In this document: one piece after another, positions 30,106 to 43,917 of the stretch
Numbering within the stretch: position 1 is the first letter of the stretch
Layout of the letters: each line of letters opens with the position of its first letter
NCBI GenBank assembly: GCA_964344435.1
Contig: CAYFNH010000002.1
Span: forward strand, 851-64,850
Length of the DNA: 64,000 bases
Direction: 5' to 3'
Source of the DNA: an uncultured Piscirickettsiaceae bacterium
GTDB taxonomy: Bacteria; Pseudomonadota; Gammaproteobacteria; GCF-002020875
Notes under the pieces: generated by a model
What the model was told of the DNA's origin: nothing
What the model saw: the letters and a program-made list of their open reading frames with translations, nothing else
Database searches by the model: none
Program-made: the position numbers and the translations under genes

Positions 30106-30324
30106 CTATCCTTCTCGATTGATTACGAAATTCTCAAGATAGTCCCGATAGAGCTGCACCACATTGGCTACGCTCACCGATTCGTCAGGAACGAATCGGG
30201 ACGCATCCCGTGCGCCCGAAGGGGACACACCAGGGACGGTGTAGATCAGCTGCGAAGACATCTCCTGAAAGGCATCATCGGAGTCCGTCACCAGATAAAT
30301 ATGGGTCAATCCCTCTCTGATCAA
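30106..30324 (-). CDS. hypothetical small ORF, possible gene remnant
   Basis: 72 aa, no recognisable family. A short upstream ORF in another frame (MAAIDDLIDQRG...) suggests a decayed or frameshifted gene. Confidence 0.25.
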   Translation of the reverse strand: MIREGLTHIYLVTDSDDAFQEMSSQLIYTVPGVSPSGARDASRFVPDESVSVANVVQLYRDYLENFVINREG

Positions 30325-30388
30325 TCAGGTCATCAATAGCTGCCATAGCAGACCTCTATAGATTTTGAATACAGGGCAAATTTTATCA

Positions 30389-31015
30389 CTACTCTAATCC
30401 CCATTGAGGAATCAACTGCTGCTCCAGACCCAACTGATCCAGAATCCGTGCCACCACAAAATCAACCAGGTCTTCCACCGACTGGGGCTGCTGATAGAGT
30501 CCTGGGCTGGCCGGTAGAATGGTGACACCATTTTGCGACAACTTGAGCATATTCTCCAGATGGATGGTGGAGTAGGGGGTCTCTCTTGGGACCAGAATCA
30601 GCTTTCTCCGCTCCTTGATCATTACATCGGCGGCACGCTCCAGCAGGTTATCACTACTACCATGTGCAATCGCCGAGAGTGCCCCCATCGAGCAGGGGCA
30701 GACCACCATCGCACGCGGGCCACCGCTACCACTGGCCACCGGAGACAACCACTCCTGTTTTTCATACAGTGCCAACTGGCCCGGTTCTGCATGAAAGCGC
30801 TCCGCCAACAACAGTTGGGCCGTCTCACTCTCCGCCGGCAGGGCCACACCGGCTTCCATCTCCATCACGATCCGGGCGGCATCAGAGAGCATCAACCAGA
30901 CCCGCTGCTCTGCTGCCAGCAGTTGCTCCAGCAGGCGCAGTGCATAGGCTGCACCGGAGGCCCCGGTCACTCCCAGCGCAATGCTGTTGCTGCGACTCCA
31001 GTTGGATTGGTTCAT
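30389..31015 (-). CDS. ubiX: flavin prenyltransferase UbiX
   Basis: 208 aa; [17 protein letters not shown]...[16 protein letters not shown]. Confidence 0.9.
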   Translation of the reverse strand: MNQSNWSRSNSIALGVTGASGAAYALRLLEQLLAAEQRVWLMLSDAARIVMEMEAGVALPAESETAQLLLAERFHAEPGQLALYEKQEWLSPVASGSGGPRAMVVCPCSMGALSAIAHGSSDNLLERAADVMIKERRKLILVPRETPYSTIHLENMLKLSQNGVTILPASPGLYQQPQSVEDLVDFVVARILDQLGLEQQLIPQWGLE

Positions 31016-32358
31016 GCCTGTGACAACCCCGCCAGCAGCTTCTGGTGAATCCCGCCAAATCCGCCATTACTCATCACCAATAGGTGGTCACCAGACTGGC
31101 ACCATGCCAGTGCCTGCTCAACCATCTGCTCGACCGAGGGGAGCAACTGATACGCCACAGTACTCTCCGCCATTGCCTCGGCAAGATCCCACTCCAATCC
31201 TTGATCGAGCAACAGAACCCGATCTGCAGCCTTGAATGCAGCCGCCAGGGTGTGTTGATGCACCCCCATCCGCATGGTGTTGGAGCGCGGCTCCATAATC
31301 GCCAGAATACGATCCGACCCCACCTGCTCACGTAGCCCCTGCAGGGTCAGCTTGATCGCCGTGGGGTGGTGGGCAAAGTCATCATAGACCTGCACGCCAT
31401 TGACCTCCCCTCGTAGCTCCATACGGCGCTTCACATTGCGGAACTCGGTCAGTGCATCAATCGCATGGTGGGCAGGCACACCGGCATGACGGGCAGCTGC
31501 AATCGCCGCCAATGCGTTATTACTGTTATGTACCCCGCTCAGGGACCAGTTGACCTCCCCCTGCAGCGCTTCATCAATCTGCACCTCAAAACGGCCCCAG
31601 GCCGGAGCGGTCTGCTTTGCCTGCCATCCACCACCGATGGTTTCCGTTGGGCTCCAGCACCCCATCTCCAGCACCTCATCTACCGCAGCTACCGACTGTG
31701 GATGGACAATCAACCCGTTCCCCGGCACCGTACGCAGCAGGTGGTGGAACTGGCGCTGTATCGCCGCCAGATCATCAAAAATATCGGCATGATCAAACTC
31801 CAGATTGTTCACCACCAGGGTACGAGGACGGTAGTGGACGAACTTGGAACGCTTGTCGAAAAAGGCGGTGTCGTACTCATCCGCCTCCACCACAAAGAAG
31901 GGGGTCTCTCCCAGGCGAGCAGAAACTGCGAAATTCTGTGGTACACCGCCAATCAGAAAACCGGGGCTCATCCCGGCGTATTCCAGAACCCACGCCAGCA
32001 TGCTCGCAGTCGTGGTCTTGCCATGGGTGCCGGATACCGCCAGTACCCAACGCCCCTGCAACACATGCTCGGCCAGCCACTGCGGGCCCGAGGTGTAGGG
32101 CAGCCCCTGTTCCAGCACATACTCCACCGCCGGATTACCTCGGCTCATCGCATTGCCAACCACCACCATGTCGGGGGCGGGCTGAAGATGAGCAGGGTCA
32201 TACCCCTCCTGCAGACTGATCCCCGCCTCTTCCAGCTGTGTACTCATGGGTGGATAGACATTGGCATCAGAGCCGGACACGGTATGCCCCGCTGCACGTG
32301 CCAGCAGTGCGATACCGCCCATAAAGGTACCGCAGATGCCCAAAATATGGATATTCAT
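31012..32358 (-). CDS. mpl: UDP-N-acetylmuramate:L-alanyl-gamma-D-glutamyl-meso-DAP ligase
   Basis: 448 aa; [21 protein letters not shown]-terminus and Mur-ligase motifs ([10 protein letters not shown]). Confidence 0.9.
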   Translation of the reverse strand: MNIHILGICGTFMGGIALLARAAGHTVSGSDANVYPPMSTQLEEAGISLQEGYDPAHLQPAPDMVVVGNAMSRGNPAVEYVLEQGLPYTSGPQWLAEHVLQGRWVLAVSGTHGKTTTASMLAWVLEYAGMSPGFLIGGVPQNFAVSARLGETPFFVVEADEYDTAFFDKRSKFVHYRPRTLVVNNLEFDHADIFDDLAAIQRQFHHLLRTVPGNGLIVHPQSVAAVDEVLEMGCWSPTETIGGGWQAKQTAPAWGRFEVQIDEALQGEVNWSLSGVHNSNNALAAIAAARHAGVPAHHAIDALTEFRNVKRRMELRGEVNGVQVYDDFAHHPTAIKLTLQGLREQVGSDRILAIMEPRSNTMRMGVHQHTLAAAFKAADRVLLLDQGLEWDLAEAMAESTVAYQLLPSVEQMVEQALAWCQSGDHLLVMSNGGFGGIHQKLLAGLSQA

Positions 32359-32384
32359 AGGGTGGCTATGGTAGCGTATATGGC

Positions 32385-32735
32385 ATGAATGTTCTCTACG
32401 GAATCCCCAACTGCGACACCATCCGCAAGGCCAAAAAATGGCTCACAACCGCCGGTGTTGATTTTCAATTTCACGACCTGCGCAAGGATGGCATCGATGC
32501 CGCTCTGCTACACAAATGGGTCACCCAAGTCGGCTGGGAAGTGCTGCTCAATAAACGGGGCACCACCTGGCGGCAGATCCCTGCTGAACAGAAAGGTTCG
32601 CTGGATGAGGCGAGTGCCATTACCCTGCTGTTGGAGCATCCTGCAATGATCAAGCGCCCTGTACTGGAAAGTGACCAATTCTCACAGATCGAGGTTGGCT
32701 TCTCCGAACCGCGCTACCGGGAAATTTTTGGTTGA
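32385..32735 (+). CDS. ArsC/Spx-family protein (YffB-like)
   Basis: 116 aa; MNVLYGIPNCDTIRKAKKWL with CxxxR-type N-terminal Cys. Confidence 0.8.
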   Translation: MNVLYGIPNCDTIRKAKKWLTTAGVDFQFHDLRKDGIDAALLHKWVTQVGWEVLLNKRGTTWRQIPAEQKGSLDEASAITLLLEHPAMIKRPVLESDQFSQIEVGFSEPRYREIFG

Positions 32736-32797
32736 TTGGCCTGTAGCTGCAACAAAGAAAAACGCCTTGCCAGTTATGCTGACAAGGCGTTACTTTA

Positions 32798-32873
<76 letters not shown>

Positions 32874-33036
32874 AGATTGGCTCTGTACTGCACGATACAG
32901 CGAGCTGCGTATTGAACCCTATTCGTCTCATCAGGTCAAGGGGTATGCAGCTGCAAATGTACTCAATCGTTGTTGCTACTAACCTCTTTTACCTATACCC
33001 TACTTTCTCCGGAATTGGGGAAGAAGGGGGAATCCA

Positions 33037-34188
33037 TTGATGGATATTGAGACACTAATACAGCGCAATCGGGAACAGTTCAAGGCACTTAATATCGAGG
33101 ATCTGTTGACGATCCGCAACCACTCGAACGACTTCAACGGCACCCGGGCCGAACAGGTCAATATGCGCCTGCAGCTGATTGCGCTCGCCTTTGGGGTGAT
33201 GGCTCCATTCTGGATTCCGATCGATTACTACTCTCTCGATCAGATCGCCTTTTACGACATGGTGTGGATGCGTATCGGCTTCTCGCTTTCGATGCTGGTG
33301 ATCGGTTTCTGGGCAACCCAAACCTTCGACATTCACAGCAGTCGAATACGCTTGGCCATGATGCTGCTTCCTCCCGGAATCTTCTATGCCAGCTCTTTAC
33401 ACATACTCGATGGGGCGGTCACCAATGATGCCCTGCTGGTCGGCTACACTTTTTTCCCCTTTCTCATGGTGGTGATGCTGACCATCTTCCCTCTTACCAT
33501 GCTGGAGGGGTTGAGTTATACCGCACTGATTACCCTGTTTGCCCTTGCCCCTCATATCATGCAGGGGGCTCTGTTCAGTGCCGAGTCATTGAAGGACCTC
33601 TGGCTGCTGGGGCTGCTGGCCGGCATCTGCATGTGGCCGGGCATGGCACAGCTGCATATGTTGCTCACCCTCTATCGACAGGCAAGTCGTGACCCCCTTA
33701 CCCGCTTGGTCAACCGGCGCATTCTGATGAAGCTGTTAGAGCAGGAGATCAAATCCTCCCGACAGCAACCAGACCGCCCCCTCTCCATCCTGCTGATGGA
33801 TCTGGATCGGTTCAAGCGCGTCAATGACACCTACGGACATCTGGTGGGGGATCAGGTACTGATCGACTTCAGCAACCTGTTGCAGGAGAGTGTACGCAAT
33901 AGTGATATCGCCGGGCGCTACGGTGGCGAAGAGTTTATGGTACTGCTACCCAATAGTGATGCCGACACCGCAAAGGCCATTGCCAACATCATCCACAAGG
34001 GGTGTCACCAACGCTCCATCGAGGTCACAAACGAGCAACAGGAAATGAGCATTCTCAACTACACCGTAAGCATCGGGGTCGCCCAGCTACAGCCGGGAGA
34101 ACAGGGGCTTCAACTGATCGAGCGGGTAGATGATGGGCTCTATCTGGCCAAGGATGGTGGCCGTGACCGGGTCACTCTGGTCACATAA
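33037..34188 (+). CDS. membrane-anchored diguanylate cyclase (multi-TM N-terminus + GGDEF)
   Basis: 383 aa, ~6 TM helices, then GGDEF domain (RYGGEEFMVLLP). Confidence 0.88.
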   Translation: MMDIETLIQRNREQFKALNIEDLLTIRNHSNDFNGTRAEQVNMRLQLIALAFGVMAPFWIPIDYYSLDQIAFYDMVWMRIGFSLSMLVIGFWATQTFDIHSSRIRLAMMLLPPGIFYASSLHILDGAVTNDALLVGYTFFPFLMVVMLTIFPLTMLEGLSYTALITLFALAPHIMQGALFSAESLKDLWLLGLLAGICMWPGMAQLHMLLTLYRQASRDPLTRLVNRRILMKLLEQEIKSSRQQPDRPLSILLMDLDRFKRVNDTYGHLVGDQVLIDFSNLLQESVRNSDIAGRYGGEEFMVLLPNSDADTAKAIANIIHKGCHQRSIEVTNEQQEMSILNYTVSIGVAQLQPGEQGLQLIERVDDGLYLAKDGGRDRVTLVT

Positions 34189-34198
34189 AGCTCACTTG

Positions 34199-34436
34199 AA
34201 CCTAGATTCCTCAGTTGGACGGGCCAAAGTGTGCGTACAGGCGTGCGCAGGACAAGGCACAACGACGCGTAATAGCCAGCTATTGCAAGGAGTTGTAACG
34301 CAGTAATGCGTGCGCCTGTGCGTGCAATTTGGTTCGTAGCGATCTTCACCCGTTGAGTGAAGCTGGTTTCTTGAGAAATTGTTTGCATAAGAAGATGTTG
34401 AGCCTGCTTCAAGCGGTCAACTGAGGATTCTAGGTT
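34199..34436. mobile_element. MITE-like element, copy 1 (~238 bp, ~20-bp terminal inverted repeats)
   Basis: Ends AACCTAGATTCCTCAGTTGGAC ... GTCAACTGAGGATTCTAGGTT are near-perfect inverted repeats. Non-coding, with internal imperfect palindromes (GTGCGTACAGGCGTGCGCAGG / GCGTGCGCCTGTGCGTGC). A second ~96% identical copy is at 43918..44155. Confidence 0.8.
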
Positions 34437-34442
34437 AAAGAC

Positions 34443-35393
34443 TCACTTTCGGCGCAGCTTTTCGACCACCTCGGCACCGTAGAGCTCAACCATCGTTGAC
34501 TCTCCCAGCTTTGCCATCATCTGGCGCTGGGTCTTCTGTACCTTGTAGCGCATACCACGCTCCTGATAGGCCGCTACCAGAGATACCCACGCCTTGCGGT
34601 TCCTGTCATTGGCCACCAGTGCCACTTTCAGCATCTGAATGGCCCGCATCGCCTTGATATTGTCACTTTTGGGTCTGGGGCGGCTCCCCTGTTCCTGATA
34701 GTGGTCGGACAGTTCGTGGCGCTGAGGCTGGGTCATTTTGTCCCGCTCCATCATTGCTGGTAACTCTTTCAGAAACTGGTCGATGGATCCCATATTCTTG
34801 ATCTTCTCATCGATCTGACTAACCAGTTTACCCAGTGCGGTGGTGGAGAAGTCCCGGAGCTGGACATCCTTTTGACTCCCGGTCTGTTCCCAGTGGCGAT
34901 CCAGCGCCAGAAACCAGTAGACGATAGCCAGAAAGCAGACCAGGATAAAGAGGCTTCCGATCTGTATGATCCTGCGCTCCCAGCTCCACCCGGACTTTTC
35001 AGCCTCCTCTTCCTCGGATGCAGCACCTTCCCCCTCTTCAGAGTCACTCTCCTCAGACTCTGCCACCTCAACACCAACACCCCCGGTTACCTCTTCCTGC
35101 TGGGGTTCCGCCTCCTCTTCCGGCTCGGGTTCTGGCTCCGGTTCCGGCTCCGGATCCATCAGATCACGCAACTTGATTTCACAACCCGCCTCAATCAGTT
35201 CACGGATCGCCGTCTGCGCCTCCTTGAGGGTAAAGAAGGAGACCGGCAGTTTGAAGGGTGGGGACTGCACCGCCCGATAGGCATCCTCGGAACTCATCGA
35301 ATAGTGCTGCTGCAACAGTTGAACAACCTTGCCCTGACCGCTGGGAACCGCAACCACCGTTGCGATGATGGTTGGATACTCATTAAAACTCAT
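34443..35393 (-). CDS. single-pass membrane protein, paralog A: N-terminal L7/L12-CTD/ClpS-like domain, acidic PE-repeat linker, TM, conserved C-terminal helical domain
   Basis: 316 aa. N-term VVAVPSGQGKVVQLLQQHYSMSSEDAYRAVQSPPFKLPVSFFTLKEAQTAIRELIEAGCEIKL aligns by eye to the ribosomal L7/L12 C-terminal domain (VILKAAGANKVAVIKAVR...GLKEAKDLVE...ALEEAGAEVEVK). Then (PE)n/acidic linker, one TM helix, and a C-terminal domain conserved with paralog B. Confidence 0.5.
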   Translation of the reverse strand: MSFNEYPTIIATVVAVPSGQGKVVQLLQQHYSMSSEDAYRAVQSPPFKLPVSFFTLKEAQTAIRELIEAGCEIKLRDLMDPEPEPEPEPEPEEEAEPQQEEVTGGVGVEVAESEESDSEEGEGAASEEEEAEKSGWSWERRIIQIGSLFILVCFLAIVYWFLALDRHWEQTGSQKDVQLRDFSTTALGKLVSQIDEKIKNMGSIDQFLKELPAMMERDKMTQPQRHELSDHYQEQGSRPRPKSDNIKAMRAIQMLKVALVANDRNRKAWVSLVAAYQERGMRYKVQKTQRQMMAKLGESTMVELYGAEVVEKLRRK

Positions 35394-35411
35394 GACTGCC
35401 TATCTTCTCTC

Positions 35412-35903
35412 TTATCTACCGCAACATTTTTTGTATTTTTTACCCGATCCACACGGGCAGGGTTCGTTTCGCCCCACCTTTTTCGCTGCATTGCGAACCG
35501 TCTCCGGCTTGGGCATTTCACCATCCACATACACCCAGTTACCCGCCACTTTTTCAAACTGACTCACCTCATGGGCCTGACGCAGACCGCCACGATCCCG
35601 GTAGTTGGCCTTGAACTCGACCACTCCAGTCTGATCCTCTGCCCCACCCTGCTCGGTTGCCACGATCTCCAACCCCAACCATTGCGAATCCAGCGACCAC
35701 TTTCTGGCCGCTTCCAGATCGTGATCATCACGATGATCCGGATGGAGCGTATTATGGATGTAGTCAATCTCGCCCTTCACATAGGCACTATAGCGCGAAC
35801 GCATCAACTGCTCGGCTGTCTCCGGGCTCTGCTCTCCCTGATGAAAAGGTTGACAACAGGACTCATAGGGGCGGCCAGAGCCGCAGGGACATTCACTCAT
35901 CAC
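35412..35903 (-). CDS. ychJ: YchJ-family protein (UPF0225) with SEC-C metal-binding motifs at both termini
   Basis: 163 aa; N-terminal CPCGSG...SCC and C-terminal [21 protein letters not shown] motifs. Confidence 0.85.
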   Translation of the reverse strand: MMSECPCGSGRPYESCCQPFHQGEQSPETAEQLMRSRYSAYVKGEIDYIHNTLHPDHRDDHDLEAARKWSLDSQWLGLEIVATEQGGAEDQTGVVEFKANYRDRGGLRQAHEVSQFEKVAGNWVYVDGEMPKPETVRNAAKKVGRNEPCPCGSGKKYKKCCGR

Positions 35904-36823
35904 GCTTCACTCTCTTCAGCTAGGATCTCGGCAGTATCCTCTTCTCCAAAAATCTCAACCATCTCTTTACGCAACTCTTCCACCTTCAAACTGGCACCGA
36001 TCGCCTGATACTCTGCCACCAACCGCCTCCAGGCATCCTTGTTCTTGCGATAGAAGGCAATGGAAACCTGTAGCATCTCGATGTTGTGCTGGCGGGTCTC
36101 CCGGTGCCGTATCGGTTTGTCGCCCTTGACCTCCTTCTGGTAGGTAGTAGAGTGCTCGACCCGCTGTGCCGGGGTATAGTTCTGTTTCTCGATAAATGCC
36201 TGCAGATTACTCACCACCTGAGCAAAGGATCCACCGGATCCCCCTCCTCCATGCAGCTGACTCATAATCCGCTGATCAACCTTACCAGAGACAGTATCGG
36301 TATCACCATCACTCATCTGCTGATACCCATACAGCGCCATGGCGAGAACGGCACCAACCGCCAGAGCAATACCGGCGATATGCTTCCACGGTTTTGGTGT
36401 AGCCTTCTCTTCCTTCTTATCCTTCTCCTCCATCTCCGAACTGCGCTGCTCTCGCGCGCCAACCGGCTCTCCTCCCTGCTCATCACGAGAAGGTCGAGTT
36501 GCCTCTCGCTGCACAGCAGAGATGGTCTCTTCAACCATATCCTCATCACTCTCACCCCGGGCTGCCTTCTCGGCCCTGGCCTTGCGCTCACTGAGGCTTT
36601 CGGTACCAATCATGCACCCCAGCGCCTCCAGCTTGCTGACAAAGTCCTTGGCCTCTTCCCGTGAAGGGAACCCCATCGGGATCTCGAAGGGAAGCTGGTG
36701 CTCCACCAGCTCTGCCTCCCCGTGGCCCAGCACCACATTCTCTTCCAGCCAGTCCACCACCTCCTGCAGCTGTTTTTTGTGGTGGAACCCACGAATCAAC
36801 ACAAAAAAGACATCACTACTCAT
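35900..36823 (-). CDS. single-pass membrane protein, paralog B (same architecture as 34443..35393)
   Basis: 307 aa. N-term ...[27 protein letters not shown] parallels paralog A; acidic linker; TM ([22 protein letters not shown]). C-terminal [35 protein letters not shown] parallels A's NIKAMRAIQMLKVALVANDRNRKAWVSLVAAYQERGMRYKV. Confidence 0.5.
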   Translation of the reverse strand: MSSDVFFVLIRGFHHKKQLQEVVDWLEENVVLGHGEAELVEHQLPFEIPMGFPSREEAKDFVSKLEALGCMIGTESLSERKARAEKAARGESDEDMVEETISAVQREATRPSRDEQGGEPVGAREQRSSEMEEKDKKEEKATPKPWKHIAGIALAVGAVLAMALYGYQQMSDGDTDTVSGKVDQRIMSQLHGGGGSGGSFAQVVSNLQAFIEKQNYTPAQRVEHSTTYQKEVKGDKPIRHRETRQHNIEMLQVSIAFYRKNKDAWRRLVAEYQAIGASLKVEELRKEMVEIFGEEDTAEILAEESEA

Positions 36824-36878
36824 GCGCTACCTATCCCCCATTCGCCTTGGCATACCTGGCTTCTGCGATGTAATCCAC

Positions 36879-40574
<3,696 letters not shown>

Positions 40575-40655
40575 TCATTTGCTTCCAAAAGGGATAGCCC
40601 CCCATTTTACCTCAAGAATTGGGTAGAATCTCTAACTCTGACACCCTTACCCATC

Positions 40656-42629
40656 ATGAAACTGCCTCAACTCTCGATCCGCACCCGGCTGCTGCTATTC
40701 TCAATCCTGTTGATTCTGATTGGAGTCAGCATCACGGTCGCGGTTTCACTCTATGTACAGGTACATACACTGTAGAAGAGCTTCCAACACCAGGGCCAGA
40801 AGATCACTGAAATTCTTGCTGCCAACATCCAGACCTCCTTTCGCAACCGGGAGGTCGAAAAACTCAAGGTTCAGCTACAAAACCTGAGACAGGGGGAGCA
40901 TCTTCTACAGGGACTGATTCTGGATCAGCAGGGCACGGTTGTTACCGATGGCAGCGAAGAGAACCAACTGCAGGGGAAACAGATCCCCGACCTGCTGCCG
41001 ATACTACAGAACCTGAAACAGAAGCGTGAAATCACCCAGGCCTGGGAGCACAACAACCACATCGCCATCACCCACCGGGTGGTCACCACCACGGGGGACT
41101 TTCTCGGCTACATCCACCTGGAACTCAGCCGCGACCACATTGACCATGCGACCCACGCACTTTTGCAGCAGTTCCTGGTACTGGAGCTTCTGCTACTGAT
41201 CTTCTCCACCATCGCCGGAGTGCTGCTGGCCAACTACTTTCACTACCCACTCAAGGAGGCAGTCGCATCCGCCAACCGTATCGCAATGGGCAACTATGAT
41301 GTTCCTCCCAACAACCGTTCAGATGAGTTTGGTGAGCTCAGCTGTGCTCTGCAGCAGATGGGACAACAGATCGATGAAACCATCCATGCACTCAATGGAG
41401 CACAACTGGAGATGGAGGAGATCTTTCGCTCAATGACCGATGGCGTGCTGCTAATCGATCGCAGCGGTATCATCACCAAACTCAACCAGCGCATGGAGAT
41501 TCTTTGTCACCGGCTCCATAGTGATCTGGTAGGGCAGCCTCTCAGTATGATCATCGCCGGAGAATACACTCTGGATTCACTCCACGGAGATGGTATCGAA
41601 AAAATTCTGCTACGCCCGGAGGATGAGGTTTCGGTACAGGTATCCGGCGCACTCATCCACCCACCCCACCTCGACCACCCAATCGGCTCGGTCATCGTAA
41701 TCCATGACCTCAGTGACCGCATGCGAGCAGAATCACAGGAGCAGTATGCCGCCTTCCAGGCCGGCATTGCCGAGATGGGGGCATCGGTACTGCATAATAT
41801 CGGCAATGTCATTACCGGCATGACCGGGCACATTATCAAGCTACAGTCCCGCATTCGCCCACTGGAGAAGCTGATCCCTGCGCTCAACCGCTTTGCCGAA
41901 GAGAGCGAGCGTAACGCCAAAGAGTGCGACGATACCGAGACCCTGAGGAGCCGCCTGATCGAGACCACCAAGGTGCTCAAGAGCAGCACCGACAGCTTTG
42001 CGCGCATCCATCAGCAGTTTGATAACCTGAAAAAGCTGGAGAGCGGTATTCGTCATATCGGTGACATCATCTCCATTCAGCAGAGTGCATCACGCCCGGT
42101 ACTTACTGCCACCCGCTTCAACCTCAAACAGCTGGTGGATGACACCTACAGCCTGATCGATGAACGCCTCTCCAAATACTCGGTGGAGTGGCGTGGCCGC
42201 TTCTCAGCCGAGATCACAACGGTACAGCTACCCCGCAACCCACTGATGCAGCTGTTACTCAACCTGATCAAGAACAGTCTCGAGGCGATTATTGCCGAGA
42301 TGCTGGAGAACCAGGAGCTGGTGGGAGTAATCACCCTCACGGTCGAACCACAACCGGATGGTCACTTCAGTATCACCATTACCGACAACGGCTGTGGCAT
42401 CAAACCCGAACAGCTGGAGAAGATTTTCACCCCTCGTTACACCACCAAGTCAACCGGTAGTGGCTACGGGCTTCACTCTGCAATCAACTTTGTACGCCAG
42501 ATCGACGGCAAAATCGAGGCAGAGAGCGACGGTCCCCACAGCGGCGCCCGGATTATCCTCACGCTGCCACTGAAGGTGGAGAAGGAGATTGCTGCAGATA
42601 TCAACCCAACCACCATTGAAATTGGATAA
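40656..42629 (+). pseudogene. sensor histidine kinase (TM-sensor-TM-HAMP-PAS-HisKA-HATPase) with an in-frame TAG after TM1; alternatively an intact shorter CDS from 41079
   Basis: ATG 40656 gives MKLPQLSIRTRLLLFSILLILIGVSITVAVSLYVQVHTL, then TAG at 40773..40775. The same frame continues open (KSFQHQGQKITEILAANIQ...) into track ORF 41079..42629 (PAS, H-box, HATPase GSGYGLHSAINFVRQIDGKIE). Confidence 0.55.
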
Positions 42630-42687
42630 AACTCTCCTATATTGAGGATGAAAGCATCTTGCTTTCTTGTTAACCAGGAGGTGTATC

Positions 42688-43128
42688 ATGAGAGACTTGA
42701 AAACTGTACCAGACAGACTCTTCAACCATGACCTGTTTGATGAGCTGCTTCATGGATTCCTCCGTCCCCTGCCTCGGGAGGAGAAATCTGTTTCCAACCT
42801 GTTGATTCCGCTAGCTGACGTAGTAGAGACCGAATTTGCCTACAGCGTTCGGATGGAGCTGCCAGGGCTGAAACGGGATGATATTCATATCCATTTCAGT
42901 GATGGCATGCTCACAATCCAGGGAGAGAGCATCACCGAAACCCGTGAGGAAGAGGAGATCCTCCACCAGGAGCGTAGCCAACGCAGCTATCGCAGAACCA
43001 TGCGGGTACCTCGTCGTGTCGACGTCGAGCATATCCATGCCGAATTCGTCGACGGCCTGCTGGAAGTGGTACTGCCCAAACTGACCGAGGCAACCACAGA
43101 CGACCCGATGGAGATCAAGGTCGCCTGA
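42688..43128 (+). CDS. Hsp20/alpha-crystallin family small heat-shock protein
   Basis: AGGAGG RBS 8 nt upstream of ATG 42688. Alpha-crystallin domain (…DVVETEFAYSVRMELPGLKRDDIHIHFSDGMLTIQGE…). Confidence 0.85.
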   Translation: MRDLKTVPDRLFNHDLFDELLHGFLRPLPREEKSVSNLLIPLADVVETEFAYSVRMELPGLKRDDIHIHFSDGMLTIQGESITETREEEEILHQERSQRSYRRTMRVPRRVDVEHIHAEFVDGLLEVVLPKLTEATTDDPMEIKVA

Positions 43129-43236
43129 ATGATCTGGCCAATCGCCAACCATGCCCCACAGCGTAACTGCCTGCGGGGCACTTTTTTCAGCTCTTCAGGA
43201 GATCGGACTTTGAGTACTGCTACAGGTCAGGGGGCC

Positions 43237-43623
43237 TCAGCTTAGCGCATCAACAGTCCGCACAGAATACCGAGGAAAAACTTCATCTTTTGTGATTACC
43301 TCCAACCCTTCTGATTGTGCCTGGGCAATCAACATACGATCAAATGGATCGTTGTGGTGCTTTGGCAGCGCACCTGCACGGTCTCCATGAAAGTTGGAGA
43401 CCGGTAATTTAATAAAGCCTTCATCCTCAATATCAGAATCGAGGTTATCAGGAGCCTCCAATTTCCCCAAGGCCTTTTTGATCGAGATTTCCCAATTGGT
43501 TGCAGCGCTCACATAAACCTGATTTCTGGGGTCGCTGATGCAGCTTTTTGCAGCGGTTCCAAGCCTGGAGTTATTATCCAGCCACCAGAGGAAAACATGC
43601 GTATCGAGCAGGAGTCGCCTCAT
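43237..43623 (-). CDS. vapC: PIN-domain toxin VapC
   Basis: 128 aa; LLLDTHVFLWWL N-terminus and conserved acidic residues. Overlaps the upstream antitoxin gene by 4 nt. Confidence 0.8.
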   Translation of the reverse strand: MRRLLLDTHVFLWWLDNNSRLGTAAKSCISDPRNQVYVSAATNWEISIKKALGKLEAPDNLDSDIEDEGFIKLPVSNFHGDRAGALPKHHNDPFDRMLIAQAQSEGLEVITKDEVFPRYSVRTVDALS

Positions 43624-43853
43624 ATCTCTCCTTCAAAGGCGGCAATGACCTCACTTGGGGTTTCATCAAAATCCTCACTAACCTTGATCTGGCCTTCGTA
43701 TCTGCCAGGTTTTCTGGGAACTGGATTTTCTCTGTGCGGAACCAGATCCAAATAGGGTTTTCCCGCTTTTGCAATCACAACCTCCTCACCAGCCCAGGCA
43801 TATTCAGCCAACCTGGAAAGCTGAGATTTCGCCTCATGCATATTCACCTGCAT
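43620..43853 (-). CDS. Phd/YefM-family antitoxin
   Basis: MQVNMHEAKSQLSRLAEYAWAGEEVVIAKAGKPYLDLVP is a typical Phd/YefM N-terminus. Start at the internal Met of track ORF 43620..43874. Confidence 0.75.
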   Translation of the reverse strand: MQVNMHEAKSQLSRLAEYAWAGEEVVIAKAGKPYLDLVPHRENPVPRKPGRYEGQIKVSEDFDETPSEVIAAFEGEI

Positions 43854-43917
43854 TTCGTTTTCTCCTGATTGCAATTAGCTAACTTAGCTATATTGTACAA
43901 TCACCCTTGTGATTTTC

